Position numbers and translations under genes: made by a program
Shown: positions 1-11,938 of the stretch, in pieces
Numbering within the stretch: position 1 is the first letter of the stretch
Layout: the number at the start of each line of letters is the position of its first letter
Source: Guillardia theta CCMP2712
Lineage: Eukaryota; Protista; Cryptophyta
Length of the DNA: 64,000 bases
Direction: 5' to 3'
NCBI RefSeq assembly: GCF_000315625.1
Contig: NW_005434650.1
Span: 162,158-226,157 of the forward strand
Notes under the pieces: model-generated
Seen by the model: only the letters and a program-made list of their open reading frames with translations
Database searches by the model: none
What the model was told of the DNA's origin: nothing

Positions 1-1985
1 CTGTGCCACCAGTACAAGCATCCAGCTCCTCTTGCGTCACTTCTCTCCAGCTGACCTCGCAGACCGCCGTTACATTCATTTCAGCCTCATCTCTCATGCT
101 CCACTGAAAATGCAAGGCGTTGGGCTCAATCCGCTCCACTGCTACAGAAGTTGGCAGCGGAGGTGGCAAGGGCTGAGTTACGACATCGCACTGAGCACTT
201 GGATCACTCAACCCCGCCTCACTCCTTGCACGAACAAAAAACTTATATGAACAGTTCGGCTGCAGCTGTTGCGCATGATAATACACAAGTTTGCTCAAGG
301 GCGAGGTAGCACGTCCATCTTCAGCAGACCCTGAGTTTGAGTACACGGCAGGTACGACAGCCTCTTTCATGTCAGATTCATCGTCGGTCTTGTATTGGAA
401 GACGTGATAGTGCTGGATTTCATACCCATGGTCTTCTGGTTGGTTCCAAACTAAGCTTGCAGAAAGCGACTTCACAGAATCCACTCGAACCTCTGCAGCT
501 GCAGGAGGCGGCAAAATGGTGGCAATTTCGCTCCATTCACCTACGCCCAGGCTATTGCTGGCCCGAACTCTGAAGTGGTAAGTCTTGTCAGCGTACAAAG
601 GAACTCGTTTCTTTTCCAAGGAAGGGATAACATCTGAAAATTTGGGGTGTGTGCAAGAACATGTCACTTCAGGCACGGATTTCCAATCATCTTCACGACT
701 ATCATCATCTGGCAATAAGCCCTCCAGGCGTTGCAAGAGATAACTTTCGGCACATAAATACTCGTCTCCCTTTTTACACGGAGCAGCCAAGATCGTCACT
801 TCAGCCATCGTACTTGAAACTCTATGAACGACCGGGCGAGGAGCAGGCACAGGAATATCTGACACATTGAGGGTGGGGAAGACTGCTGTAGTCCAAGGGG
901 ACGTTAAGACTGGCGGTCCCGAAGATGTACTGCGCAGCTCCAATCTCAAACGGATCTTGTACACGGTATTTGGTAGAAGCCCTGTGACCGGCGCATTGAC
1001 AATTTTCAACATGAAGATGCATTCCCCCAGGACTTCGGTGTCGTCAGCTTTGCAGAATTCAACATTCCAGAAAACATTGGGTGCAATGGTAGTTCCCTCC
1101 AAGCTTGGGGCAGGATTCCACTTGATATGCAAGCTTGTCGTTGTGCTATCTTCTAGCGCCAGTCCAGTTGGTTCTGGAAGACTCGTCAGTGCGGAAAAGT
1201 CATTAGTAGCCAGTGCTTGAGAGCCCGTGACCATTCCGTTTGAGCCTGGCACTAAAAAGTCCAAACTTTAATAATTGGCAGGTTTCGGTGTTTCAACACT
1301 CACCAGAAGTTGCAGGTTGAGTCGAATCCAAAGATGGTAAGAAACAGCTTGTTGTTGCAAGAACTGCCTTCGCTGCTTGAATTGCGGTCGGTAGAGCAGG
1401 CGATGGGAGTTGGAGTGAGGTGCAAGGGGGCAACGAAGCGATTCCTGTTGCAGCTGGAGAGCTGGCAAATGCTGCTGGATCCCTATGCGCACTGATAGTC
1501 GGAATGGCCATCGTAGCTCCCACATTTGCTGCGTGAGCTCCCAATACACTCGCTGCCCCCACACTGGCAGCATGAGTTGCCAGCACCGAGGTGGTGAGAG
1601 GGTTGGTTGGGATGAAAGGCAGAGGCAATGTAGAAGTTGTAATCGGCGTGATAGGTTGCAGTGCTGGAATAGTTTGCCTCACATCATTGGTCAATGCACC
1701 CAAGTCCAAGGAGCTACTGACGATGACTCGATCCATCCTGTTGCTGATAAACTCTGACATGTAAGTAGAAACCTCTGGAGTTGGCAACGCCCGCTGACCA
1801 TCGGCCAAGGACGTTGCTCCAGCGATCAGACTATGCTGCAAGGACTCTTGGCTTTCTGAGGTCTGAAGACCAAAAGATGTTGAAAAAACAGCTTTTGTTG
1901 GCTGAGGGAAGGAAAGGGGGTGAGCGGTGATAACGAGTCCGGACGAGGTAGTGAGATCCGTCGGAACCGGTTGGCTAACAGCCAC
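1..1985 (-). CDS. Fibronectin type III repeat protein (multi-exon, runs off the window start; 5' exons may extend to ~2450)
   Basis: Minus-strand open frame from ~1250 to 1 reads PEPTGLALEDSTTTSLHIKWNP...VTGLLPNTVYKIRL, ...TYHFRVRASNSLGVGEWS and ...LQPNCSYKFFVRARSEAGLSDPS, i.e. FN3 signatures. A 52-nt GT-AG intron at 1303-1252 joins it to the low-complexity exon 1304-1985. Confidence 0.75.
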
Positions 1986-2479
1986 GTTTGCTGAAAAAAA
2001 CGTTGTTTGAAAGCGCTACTCTTGTTCAACAGTACTGGCCTGTAAAGAATCGGTAAGCCAACTCCAAAACGAAAGAAAGTTCAAAAGTGTTGCGAAAGGT
2101 CTATAGGGAATTCGGAATTGCTCTACAAATGGACTAGTAACCGCCAAACATGTCTGAACAATAGGAGGGTTCCAAAACAAACATAGCTTCAACTAACTAA
2201 CTGCAAGTACATAAGGTTTATCACAGTCACTTTGCCGCGATATCAACCAGAAACCCTTTGCTCTTTTGAAATCAAGCTGCCCCTAATGAAAAATCCTGAG
2301 CGAGTCAAACAACGCATCAAGATTCAAGGCATCCTTCTTCAGAGGAAGCCTAAAATGTCATCATCTGCTCCACTGAGACTATCAACTCGAGCGATCTTCT
2401 CCTCTTAGCCGCTTGCTCATCCTCCTTCTCTCCATTCCCCTTCCCCAACTTTCGCCATGGCGCCAGGAGGAGCGGAGAA

Positions 2480-3730
2480 GACCCACCCCACCCCGTGAAA
2501 TATGAAAAATGACCCCACCCTGTTAGTCCTCAAGTACCCTACCGTTCCGTCCCCACCTCCCGTTTCCCCAAGACCAACGACCCCTTTCTCCTAGCTACCT
2601 CATCTGACCACCCCTGTTGCAACATGATTCTACCCCCCATGTTCATATCCGGACACACCCCTTTCACTACTCCCTTGGTAATCAGACCCTACCCCTTTGA
2701 TGTTCAAGACTACCCACCCATCATGCCATGTTACCCCACACAGTATGCAAATCAGTCTTTTCCACCCATCAGTTCTCCAAAAACTACCCCCTCAGACTAG
2801 CACCCCATCTTATCTCCACCCCTGCTAGTAGGGTGATACCCCTGCCACTCCATTTTGATATACATATTTATAAATTGTACCTTTGGCCATCAACGCTGTA
2901 CACATTATAATATTTGTTGATTAAATAAATATTTTACAGAATGGTGGTACTTTCGTTGTACGATTTTTGGTATCTAAAACGTTTTAAACAATACCAATAT
3001 TATCATCACGGGTAGCCATAGTGTTGCCCTTGTGGAAGGGGGTCCATTGAGGGGGGGTGTAATAATAGAGGTTGAACGGCTAATTGCCAAGGGTGGGTGG
3101 TAGTACCCACCATCAATCGTAGACTCTTTCCTGGGTGGGGTTGATATGTTAGATTTCTCAACTAGTCCTTACCCCACACTACCCTACCCTACCCTGGAGG
3201 CATTATTTGGGGTACATACACCCTCCCCAGTCATCAGAAGACCCACCCCCAGAAGATTTTGACCTTCAAGCCCGTAGATTCCCTAGAAGGAAAACCCACC
3301 CCTAGTCTCCCTCTGCGGCCATGCCCCCATAGGTGGACCCCTACCTCCCAATTCCGTTTCAAGTACCCCCTCTTTCCCTATGTACTCCTGACCTACTGCC
3401 TCTTCCTCTACTCGGGGATAGAAATTCCCCCGGTCTCGGAATGTTCAAAGTAAAGCTGTCTAACCACCCCACCCTATCTGCTCCCTCCCTAATTGCACTC
3501 CTTGTTTCAACCACCCCTCATCAAGACTTATCATGGACCGGTAGTCCACGATAACCAAATCAAATCAACTGTCACCCAGTCGTTCACCGGGTGTACTTCG
3601 ACTACCCCGGTCTTTGTCTGGAAATTAGACGTGAGGGTGGGTACTCTATTCCTCATCTCGCTTTTTTCTTCCCCAACTCTGAAGGACCCCTCATCTCCTC
3701 GTTCCCTCATCCCCACTCCTACGTTTCGCT
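2480..3730. repeat. ACCCC/TACCC-rich degenerate intergenic repeat with an AT-rich core (2850-3010)
   Basis: Dense ACCC(C) motifs with strong strand skew and no credible ORF. Similar patches occur at 14520-14680 and, inverted, at 23460-23620. Confidence 0.5.
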
Positions 3731-3771
3731 GACTCGAATTTGTTTATGTTGGGCGCTATGAGCTCAATCCT

Positions 3772-3809
3772 TTTGTAGTAATGCAGTCGAGTCACTGCAT
3801 TACTACAAA
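3772..3809. repeat. Perfect 16-bp inverted repeat with 6-nt loop
   Basis: TTTGTAGTAATGCAGT-CGAGTC-ACTGCATTACTACAAA. Confidence 0.9.
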
Positions 3810-3975
3810 CAAATTCAGTGACGTCCGGTCATCGGACAAAAACAGTCGGTCGCCAGCCCGGCCGGGCTCTTGTCGCATCATCGCCCTCAAACACCTTCAG
3901 CAGGTCCGTCCGGCCAGCCGTCCGGCAACATCCTGTACTGGGCAAGGACGGCAACGCGCGTCTGGTGAACTAGAG

Positions 3976-5942
3976 ATGGCGGGGAGGCTGCGGAGGATAT
4001 GGCAGGAGGCGATGGAGGAGGAGCTGCAGTACGAGGGGGAGGACGAGGAGTCTGTTAGAGTCGGCAAGTGGGTGAGGGATGTCTGCATGTAAGTTATAGT
4101 TGCGCAGCAATGCTCCGTCAGTGATCACCGTTCATTCACCAGGTTCTGCCTCTATCTCCTTGTCTGCACTCTCGCAGTGCTTTTGGGGAACGAGAAGAAC
4201 ATGGCAAGGAGTGTGAACAAGTTCTGGGTGAACTTCTTCTCGAACCGGAGCTCGACAGTCAGGTGAGCTTGCTCGAAAGCCATGGCTAGTTTCAAAGTTT
4301 GTTGTTCCTTACGAGGTCCTCAGAGACCTGGATGGGCTGCAGCTGTTCATGAACGAGGTGATTGCTGGCGAGCTGATGAAGACTTCATTCCTGTACAACC
4401 GCTACGGACAACAGAACAGCTCTTACGGAGTTCTTTTCGGCAATTCGTTGATTGGGAATGCAAGGTGATTTGTGGGCTGTGACAGCCATCAGGCTAACGG
4501 CGTTGCAGCTTGCGGCAGGTGAGGGTCAAGAGCGACGCGTGCGGCTCAGTCCATGGCGCCCTTGACAACGATGGCATCCTAGCTGGCACCGAGTGCTACC
4601 CGTCATGGACCTTGGGAACGGAAGACGCCGTCTACTCCAAGAGCAAGGCTCAGAAGCCCCTACAGCCCAAGAGCTTCCACGCCTTCACCTCCGCAGCTTC
4701 GACCGGCTCTCCCAGCTACGTCGGGAGCTTCGGCACGTACCCGGGAGGAGGCTTCGTCGCTTCGTTCGCTGTGCAAGACACGAGCAGGATATTGCAAGAA
4801 GTTGCAGGCGCCCAATGGGTGGACCCGAAGACTCGCGCGCTCTTCTTTGAGATGTTCATGTACAGCGCCAATGACGATCTGTTTCTTTTCTCTCAAGTCT
4901 GCTTCGAGTTCCCAGCTGGAGGCTTCGTTTTACCGTCTAGCACGGTGTACACCTACGATATCAACCGCTACAAGGCGAGCAGCATGAAGAGCAACCTCGA
5001 GTACTTCTTCTTCTTCTTATCCTTGTTGTACATCTTGAAGGAGTTCGCGGCCTTCCGTCGACAGAACATCTGGAGATATCTTCACTTCGACTGGCCAACC
5101 CTCGAGTTGACGCTGGTGCTGCTGGTTATCATCAGCGCCGGGCTGAGAGTGTACCACTCGTACATGCTCTCAAAGATTACTTCATCCTCGGCCATGACTG
5201 TTCTATCTGTGCAGCAGGCTGTAAGAGGAGCTGCAGTCGCGTCGGCAAATCTCGATGCTGCCTTCGGGGTCATCGCGTTTCTTCTCTGGACCAAAAGTCT
5301 GAGATACATCATGCTCACCAGGTCAACTCGTCGCTTAATGACAGCGATCTACTTCAACGTCCGCAAGATGCTGTCGTTCGCCATGATCGCTACTTTGCTC
5401 ATCTACGCCTGCTCACTCACTGCTTTCATGCTGTTCGGGGCCAACCTTGACCAGTTCCAGTCGATCAACAGAAGCGGCTCCACCATCATCCAGTCGATCT
5501 TCGGCAACAAGATCTTCGCTGTCCTGGTCCATGAGACCGGCAGCGGAGGTTTCCTCTACTACTTCGGAACCATCGCGGCGATCCGCGTCTTCGTCTACAG
5601 CATCCTTGTGGCCATCGGCATCGACAGCTACAGGAAGGCGGTGCAAGGCGAGCAGACGGCGAAGAAGCCTCTGCTAGAGCTGATCCGCGGGGAGCTTGCG
5701 CGGAGACATCGGGAGTACATGACGTGAGATTGTTCTTCGCTCTTAACTTCTCTGAGGGTGTTGGATGTAGGAGGGGATTCAAGGAGGAGGAGGAGGCGTC
5801 GGGCCTGGTGAGCCCCGTTTGTTCATTCATATGGACTGACAGCCTGGCAGAGGACGATCAACCGACGAGCTTCTTCGAACGCGCAGCGCAAGGAGTCAGG
5901 AGCTCCCCGCGAAGCAAGATGGAAACCCTGGGGGTTGGATGA
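3976..5942 (+). CDS. Polycystin-2 (PKD2/TRPP)-like cation channel, multi-exon
   Basis: Main exon 4510-5722 has LRQVRV, GTYPGGGF, WVDPKTRALFFEMFMYSAND and FEFPAGG (polycystin TOP domain), then ~6 TM segments with a LFGANLDQF pore region. Upstream exons are joined by short introns. Confidence 0.85.
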
Positions 5943-5949
5943 CAAGGAC

Positions 5950-8900
5950 GGCAGTAACGAGCATCTGTGATGGGCCCTTCACTTCGCCCAGCCGATCGCC
6001 TGCAGCCAGTAGTTCTCCGCATCGCGGATGGAGCCGGCGACGAAACTTTCTTTCTGCTTGCTGATCCTTGAGGTCAGTGCGAGCGGTTGACTGAGGCAGC
6101 AACAACCTGAGGATCGCCGACTTCTCTTCCTCTCTTGGCAGCGGATCTGCGACACGCGTCAGTCTTGTTGTGCTCGTGACGAGCATGGCAACCCGGGTTG
6201 ATGCTCCTGCTGCTGCTGCTGTCGGCCGGCTCCGGCGGTCTCCCTTGCTCGGGCATCTTGTCGCCAGGATAGTCTCTGAACCACGTCTCTGGAGAAATCT
6301 GAGCAGCTGTCAGCTGTGCGGCCCGATGCTGCCTCTCACCTGCGCTCGGAGGTTGGAAGCCAGTCGGTTACTGTGATCGAGACGGTCTTGGAGGACAGCA
6401 ACCTGCGGCAGAGGTCAGCTCGACCCTCATCGCACTGCCTTCACGTGGCATCTGTGCTTCTCCTTCTCTGCCAGCAGCTCGTGTGCGAGGCTGCGGCTTG
6501 TGTCTTCCAGCTGGAAACATCTCTTCTCCGTGCCTGAGGCCAGGGTGACATTCTGGGAGGGGAGGGAGGACTCACTTGTCAGGTTCTCCTTGGCGGCGGT
6601 CAAGGCCTTCTGAAGGGCGGAGATGCGGGCTCGAAGCGCTCTGATCAAGACAGCGTTGCCCTCCCACTTGCTCTCCTCCACGTCCATGGCGAGAGGCTGT
6701 TGATCTCTGGGGAACAGGTCAGTGAGGAGAAGCGCTGCGAGGAAAGGATACCTCGGGTCCTTGTCGTGCCCATCCTCGCTGTGTGGTGCGGAGTCATTGA
6801 AGGGAAGGAAAGCTCGAGGGCTCCAGGGCTGCGGGGGGGGGAAGTCTTCAACAGGCTGCCGGATGAGTCTATTGCTCCTCCTCTGCTGGGGCACTCTCGG
6901 CCCCTCCTGCGCCTCCGAACTCAAGGCCTCCAGGGTCTCAGGGACCTGCGGGTTGATGGAGCCCGAGACAATCTCTGCAGGCACAAGGTGAGAACGAGCT
7001 GAGGTCCGGCCTCCTCCTTCACAGCACCTGCGAGTGAGCTCTGGAGCTTGATGCGCATCCCTTCCATATCGTGAGACTCAATTTCTTCCTGCCTCTGGTT
7101 CGTCAACTCCTCCACTTCCTCCTCTTCCTTCTCCTCCTCCTCGGCAAACTTGACGCACCTTGAGGGTCTTTCTGGCCTGATGCTGCGACTTCTCCCACGT
7201 CTCTTTCTCAGCCATCAGCTCCTGCAGCTTTGCCTGCCAGAGATTCAGACCAGAGGAAAGCAGAGGAGGAGCTGCAGGGAGAGAAGGAGGAGGGGAAGGA
7301 GGAGGAGCTGCACGAAAGGATGGAGGACCTCGGTCGAGGACGAGCGGCTGGTGACGGCTGCGAGCTCCTCCTCGAGTTTCTCCTTGTCAACTTTCTGCCA
7401 GCGATTTCAACTCGTTGCGAGATGACAAGCCACTCACGAGCTGGCGGTACAGCTGGGAAAACTCCTCGACGTCGCTCGTTAGCTTCTCGTTGGCCTTGAC
7501 CAACTCGTCCAGCTCTGCCGCTTGACTGTGAGGAGAAGGAGCAGGGAAAGAGAAAGAGCGGGGGGAGGAGAGCGGGGGAGAAGGGAGGTACCGAACTCTC
7601 GTTGGAGGGCGAGCTCATGCAGGGTGAGCTCTTCCTTCCACTGCTGCACCATGCTCTCGTAGCTGCTGGTGACATGTTGGAGCTGAAGATGGCTATGAGA
7701 AGGAGCAATGAAAGGGACGCGAAAGAGAGGGAGGAAAGAAGGGAGAGGAGCAGGGTGAACCTGGTCACTTAAAAGAGCTTCAGCTCGTTTCAGGTCGGCG
7801 ACTTCTTTTCTCATCTCATGCTTCAGACCTCGAATGATCAACTTGCTGCTCGTCATCTTGGAGGGAAGTCATTTTGAAGGAAAGAGACGACAAGAAAATC
7901 ACGACAAGACAGCGTCAAGGCGACGACCTGAGAATCAAGAGTCGTCGTCGATTCTAGAACTTTCTCTTTCATCTCCGATAGCAGCACATCGAAATTCTCG
8001 ACGAATCTGTTGTCTTCCACCCGTTGATGTTCGATGAAGTTGAGACAGAAGGAGAGCCTGTCTTCAAACTCTTGTATCTTCCTCGCTATATCCTCTTCGT
8101 CCATGGGCTGGCCCCTCGGTGCTACCTCTCCTCCTCCTCTCCTCTTCTCTCCCTCCCCACCCAGCAGTTGGACTGACGTATCTTCCTCACTTGAAATGTC
8201 TTCACGCTTCGGGTTTGCGTCCATTTCCGACGAGGGAGAGGAGGAGTATCGAGCAGAGAAGCACAGGCTGGTGCTCTTTCCATTGCCTCCCGTAACTACC
8301 GTCCCGTCCAAGTCGCGCACGACGTGCCAAGTCTGCGCGGGGGTGAGCCGAGCAGGGGCAGGCCGAGGTGACCTGGTCGAGCTGAGCCCCAGGAGCGAGA
8401 CTGATGAGCACTTGACCTACGCAGCCGAACTCGCTGTTGATGACGGAGAGGAGGAGAGTGACCTGAGAGTCAAGGTGAGAGAGGAGTAGGGAGGGGAACT
8501 TGGGGAGGTAGGAGAGAGAGCCAGGAAAAGAGAAGGAGGATAGAGAAGATAACGGGTTATGAGGAGGAAGGAAAAGGTGGATAAGGAAGGGGAGAACAGG
8601 GGAGGGGGCATGGCAGTACCTCTCTACCGTCAAGCGGGAAGGGTTTCTCAAACGGCTCATTGCAAACGTCGGTGACGGTCAGGGTCTCGTTGAATTCAAC
8701 GTGATCGAGAGATGACCGAACCTGCAAAGGGAAACGTAAGAAGATGACGGGAGAATGTAGAGGCTACCGAGAGACTATAGGGACATAAAGATATAGAGGC
8801 TATAGAGATATAGAGGCTATAGAGATATAGAGGCTATAGATAGAGGCTATAGATAGAGGCTATAGAGACTGTAGATACTACGTTCGTTTGATCAGTCAAT

Positions 8901-10383
8901 CCAGATAGAGACGTTCAGGGCGTGACAAACACAGATACATACATACAACGCGATCAATCTTCATCAAGAGCGGGGGATGAAGGTATCACAGACCTTCTTG
9001 GTAGTCAGCTGAGGGCGAACGTCGTAGATGACTTGCTCAGACTCGAGAGAGACCCCGTGAGGAGAAGATCGACCTGCCATGTTGTGGTCATCACTCTGAG
9101 GGGGGAGCAGGCGACTCAAAAACCTCTGGAGGGCAGCGTATGTCTTAGCGAGACGTCACGGGAATGGCGGATGGTGTGAGAGGACAGGACGCTGACGGCA
9201 CAACAAACTTCTCCCTAGGAGGCATCAAGTGAGCTCATGGCATCAGCTTCACTCCCTTGCACTCACTGGCTTCACAAGCTTGCAGGGTCGGTTGCGAACT
9301 CCGACGATGGACAAGGAGATGGCCCAAGGGACGACAGCCGGAGGGACCGACGCCTGCAGCCACATGAGCCCTCACACCATCAACGAGCCGCAGGATCACC
9401 GGAGGATGACTAGTCGCTCGCTGACCTGCTTGCGCTCCTTCAGCCTCCATGCCATGAGAGTCTCTCCTGGTCTCTCTGCCGCACCAAGTTCAACCTCACA
9501 CGCGACCCTCTCACACCCTCCCCTCCGACCTCAGCACATCGCCGAAGGACTCCAGGCGATCCCTGAGAGAGTCTAGCTGCTCGAACATGACGAGAATCTG
9601 CTAAGGATGAGGGCAAATAAAGAGGCGTCGCTGCCCGTGACCTGCTTCTTGTCTCGAGCACAGGACCTGGTTGTGCGGCTGACTTGGCCCAAAGTCTCTT
9701 CAATAACCTGACAAAGAGCGAGGGTGAGTAGTGAAGGAGCAAGAGAAGCTCACCTGCTCTGACGACGAGATCCGAGTCTCAACATCAGCGAAGAAGGACA
9801 GCTGTACATCATCTCTCAACTCTCTCCCTCCTCGTTATGCCACACCATCACCTTCGTCTCCAAGAACTCGACTTGCCTCGCAAGCTCTTGGTTCTTCTCC
9901 TCCGCTACTCTCAGCTGCATCAGACCGTAAGTCTCAATGACTGTCTCCTCATGTCATCACCGAAGCTGCGAGCGAGTCAAGCTCCTCCCGATCATCGTTG
10001 ACGAGAGCTGCGTACTCACAAACGTTCCCCTCTTTCACCTTGAGCAAACATTGAGACATGTCGGATGCCAGCACATCTAGCCCTTGCTCAAGACTCGCCA
10101 TGCCCAGAGCTAGCTGCACCTCTTCCTCTTCGTTCCTTGCGGCATGTCGCAGCTTTGACTCGAGCATGGCCAGCCCCTTGGCTGTCCTTCGAATGAGTGC
10201 ATGGCCATTGGGGTCTTCGGCATCGAGGTAGTCAAGAACGAACTCGAGATGATCGATCGGATCTGCGGGGGTTCCATGCTCTGGCAGCTGATGGCACATG
10301 AGGAGACGACGAGACGCTCTCGCTGCCAGCGCTTCCAGTTGCTGCCATGAGCGCCCCCGCCCACCTGCCGCCGCCCCCGACAT
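5950..10383 (-). CDS. Uncharacterised multi-exon gene or genes: coiled-coil exons and a possible C2-like segment
   Basis: A chain of minus-strand exon-like ORFs (9949-10383, 7853-8320, 7479-7856, 6427-6984) with E/K/Q-rich heptads. The exon near 8620-8720 reads DHVEFNETLTV. Exon joins and gene count are unresolved. Confidence 0.4.
8770..8875. repeat. Intronic TATAGA(GA/GGC) tandem repeat
   Basis: Repeated 'tatagagatatagaggc' and 'tatagatagaggc' units. Confidence 0.8.
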
Positions 10384-10942
10384 GGATTGACAACACTCGC
10401 ATATAAGTAATATATAATTGTACCAATAATTAGTTTACTGTTGTTTTTCGAAACTATAAACAGTAATAATATAAAAATATATTTAGTACCAAGTAGTAGT
10501 GGAAAAAGTTTTATTCTCAAAGGGTTTTGATGGCGTTCATGCCGCGAGACGTAGTGGAGCAAGGGAATGGAAAGCCATGGCAGGGAAGGGGAATCGAAGA
10601 AATGGAAGGAAAGGAAGGAAAGGGCAGGATAAGAAGACAATGTAGCGAGAGGAGGGAGCAAGGAATGAGGGAGGGAACGAGAGAGGGAAGAGAGGAGCCC
10701 TGGAGCACGGCAACTTGGGATAGAAATGGATTGCGAGGAGCTTGTTTGGGAGCCATGCAAGAAGGATTGTCAAGATGAGTATGCGTTAGAGACAGCCATG
10801 CAATCCATGGGGTGTAGCTTAACAGGCCATGTCAATGAGTTTGAAATTGACCTAGGAGAAGTTGTCTTTGCAGAACTTTGTGATTTGTTCATGTCAACTC
10901 TTTCCACGATGAAGAACTGATGATCCACGTCTGATCTTGCAG

Positions 10943-11794
10943 ATCTTCGGAATGTTCATCACGGCAAACATAGAGGTGCAGCGTCGACAACTCGCGTTAC
11001 TAGCCGGAGCGTTCTTCGGGGTGGGTTGGTTGGTATTCATCGATTCCCTGCTTCAGTTCAACCGCTGCTGGGATCAGCTGGACTACGGGGACCCCTGCAG
11101 CTGGGGACCTGCTCCTCTCAACGCGACTTCCAAGTATGTGCACACGCCTGACTCGCCCCCGCCCTCCTTCAACCCGTTTCCCCCCTGGCCAGGAGGCGGA
11201 GGGCAACCCACCACTACCCCGGAGCCCGTCACGCACAAGGGCTGGTCGGGGCTGGACGGCAAGTACAAGCTCGTCTACATCCCCGGGGTAGCCTGCTGCC
11301 TTGCTCTACCGCCATCCTCACGCCCCGCAGATCATCGCCCTCGTCTCCCTCTTCTTCGTCAACACCGTCAACGTGCGGGACCTCAGTGAAGACACGACGG
11401 AGGTAGCTGAAGGCGCTTCCCCCGTCGCCCTCAAGGTCCGTCCCTGTCAGCTCGACCTGCTCTCACACTCTCTCCCTCCTCCGCAGGTGTGGCTCTTCAC
11501 CGGGATGATCATCGGCTTCACCTCCATCGCCCTCTCCATCTGGGTATACGCCGACCTCTTCTCTCGCAGCCCCAACATCCAAGACGACCCGGTCTGACTC
11601 TCCTCTCCTCCCTCGCGACTCCTCCTGACAGCCGCAGGCCCTTGCTGCCATGATCCAGACCATCTTCATCGCCATCGCCTCCTACGTCTTCTTCATCGCT
11701 CGTTCCATCGGTAACTCGTCATGCTCTGCTTCTAGCCTCACACTGGCTTGACACAGGCGGGCACGAGCTCTGGGGAACAGACCCCCTGCTGTAA
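10943..11794 (+). CDS. TMEM50/Vps68 (UPF0220)-like four-TM protein; possible extra 5' exon from 10726
   Basis: LAGAFFGVGWLVFIDS...YIPG|IIALVSLFFVNTV...VWLFTGMIIGFTSIALSIWV...ALAAMIQTIFIAIASYVFF follows the UPF0220 pattern. Spliced stop at 11794. Confidence 0.75.
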
Positions 11795-11938
11795 GGCTAC
11801 CAGGAGAGCGAGCGGGAGCAGGAGGAACTAACTTACTGTACAATAGAGACAAACAAAAGCGTCTGCTATCCTCTCTTCCTGCTCCACTTGTCTTCCATTG
11901 GCGGGATCTCCAACTTCACCCCGAGCGCCTGTCGCATG

